Assembly: GCA_013239625.1 (NCBI GenBank)
Contig: MU054323.1
Coordinates: 14,059,950 to 14,123,949 of the forward strand
Origin: Lama guanicoe
Taxonomy: Eukaryota
Direction: 5' to 3'
Length of the DNA stretch: 64,000 nucleotides
Part shown: piece by piece, positions 62,486 to 64,000 of the stretch
How the letters are laid out: the number at the start of each line of letters is the position of its first letter
Position numbering within the stretch: position 1 is the first letter of the stretch
Made by a program: the position numbers and the translations under genes
Notes under the pieces: generated by a model
What the model saw: only the letters and a program-made list of their open reading frames with translations
Databases searched by the model: none
Told to the model about the DNA's origin: nothing

Positions 62486-64000
62486 GATATGAAGTGCCTG
62501 GGATATTGCAGATAATATTCCATTGCAGACATTTATTAAATTTTCATCCTTTTCTCTTTTGTATGTATCTTCAGCTGCCAAGGTTTTCAGAGATGTCCAA
62601 AGTACTTGACATGGAAAAGGAAAAAGTATAGTCCTAATCCACCAGGGAGTTTCTTCTCCTGCTAGACATAGGAGGTGATAATCTTCACATGTCAGAGGCA
62701 CACAGGAATGAAGCGTGACTGTCCTCAGCATTAGCAAAATGGCAGCCAACCCAGAAATTGAGTAAATTCATGCAAACTTACTAAACCGAACAGGTAGATC
62801 TTTTTCTCCCCCTCCAAGTGAAATAGTAGTTGACCCACTGTACTGACATACTTTAATCTGAGATAAACAGTCCAGTTACCAGTCTACTGAAAACTTCCTC
62901 GAGAAATGGGAAGCTTTGTCTGTCTTCTTTATCAGAATCACTCTTATCACATATAAATATGTACTGAGAGAAGAATTTAACCAATTTCAAAGGTATACTT
63001 TTTTTTTTTAGCATTGTAAGCAAATAGAAAATAGAACTAAAACATTTGCTGTTTTAGAAATGTGATAGGAGCTTATTATAATAGAAGTTATTATTAGGTA
63101 AACTTGGCTGGATCATAAACATGCCTATAAAATATAATTTCAAAGTAATATATTCTACTATAAATAGTACACTTATAGAAATCTGTAGGACTACTATCTC
63201 CAAGATAATTATGTTCAACCTGAGCTTCTTAATTAGTGTCATAATACATTTTTCTCCTGTACACTTTTTTTTTTTTGCAGTTAGAACATTGTAGAGAATT
63301 GAGACTCTAGGACATATCTCCTTTTTAATAAATGCTGAATGGCTTTCAGATTCATAGTTAACATCTGTTACCCATAATTAATTATCATTAATGAAAACAA
63401 GTGAGCTATTATTAGCACAAGGTAATCCAGTCCAGTACATTTTACAGAGAAGTTGGGTGAATTGAGGTGTTTTCATTTGGTCATCTTTCTCAGTATAAAA
63501 TATTTCAAAGTATTCTCTGAGTGCTGAAAGAGTTCCTCCTCAGAGTGTCTAACTTCTACTGGACCACCATAGTTCTCTCAGTCCCTTGTGGTAACTGACT
63601 TTGAAGAGAACGGGTGTCTACAGCGGTTTAAGCAGCTTCAATAGAATTTTTTTCCTTTGCGCTGGTAAGTGCACTTACTTGAGGTTTGTCTTTTTCACTG
63701 AGGATCATTTGAAAGTTCAGAGGTAACAGAACTACTTAAAGACAGGAATTAAATGTAGTAACCTTAATTCATCTTTTCTTTGGAACTTTCACCTCATTTA
63801 ATATGCATCCTATTTTTAAAATTAATGAACATTATGTGTTTTTTTAAAAAAGCATTGAGAAAGATTGATAGTGAAGAAAATAGAATGGAGGTAGCTACTC
63901 CATATAAAAAAACAATTTTTTATGCTATTTTGTTTTTGCCACCTTGCTGATTTATTTTTAAATAGTTAACAAGACTAGATGTGCTGCTCGGTAGTTCTGA

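Noticed and set aside
62459..62486. Resemblance of ccttttttgcctcagatatcaagtt to the U2 snRNA 5' region
   Set aside because: Requires several gaps and mismatches over ~25 nt, and the flanks do not continue into U2.
1..64000. CRISPR arrays, tRNA genes, NUMTs, non-retroviral endogenous viral elements, CpG-island promoter
   Set aside because: No repeat-spacer periodicity, cloverleaf, mitochondrial-like or viral-like ORF, or CpG-rich tract was seen; the sequence is typical methylated mammalian DNA.

Overview
AT-rich, CpG-depleted mammalian (eutherian) genomic DNA, most likely intronic or intergenic, dominated by decayed transposable elements. I find no protein-coding gene I can support. The long ORFs in the track are L1 ORF1/ORF2 remnants, their antisense shadows, or chance frames. 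The main landmarks are: a full-length (~7.07 kb) but inactivated L1 on the minus strand (35928-43000) inserted into an older L2; several 5'-truncated or nested L1s; HAL1; CR1/L3, L2 and MIR relics; solo LTRs (ERV1 MER34-like, ERVL-like, MaLR MLT1), several with readable TSDs; and hAT elements (MER58A, Charlie1a). The L1 3' ends look cetartiodactyl-like, and I see no ruminant, whale, pig, horse, carnivore or primate SINEs, which suggests a camelid (inference). The most distinctive observations are a 40-nt tailless 5S rRNA retrocopy with a 19-bp TSD inside the L1 ORF2, a near-perfect 77-bp AT-rich palindrome, a 62-bp dispersed direct repeat, two convergent related LTRs with the same TSD, a strong CTCF motif and several well-formed orphan exon candidates. 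I see no convincing evidence of a novel biological system. Repeat family names come from recalled consensus sequences, not from a search, and boundaries without TSDs are approximate.
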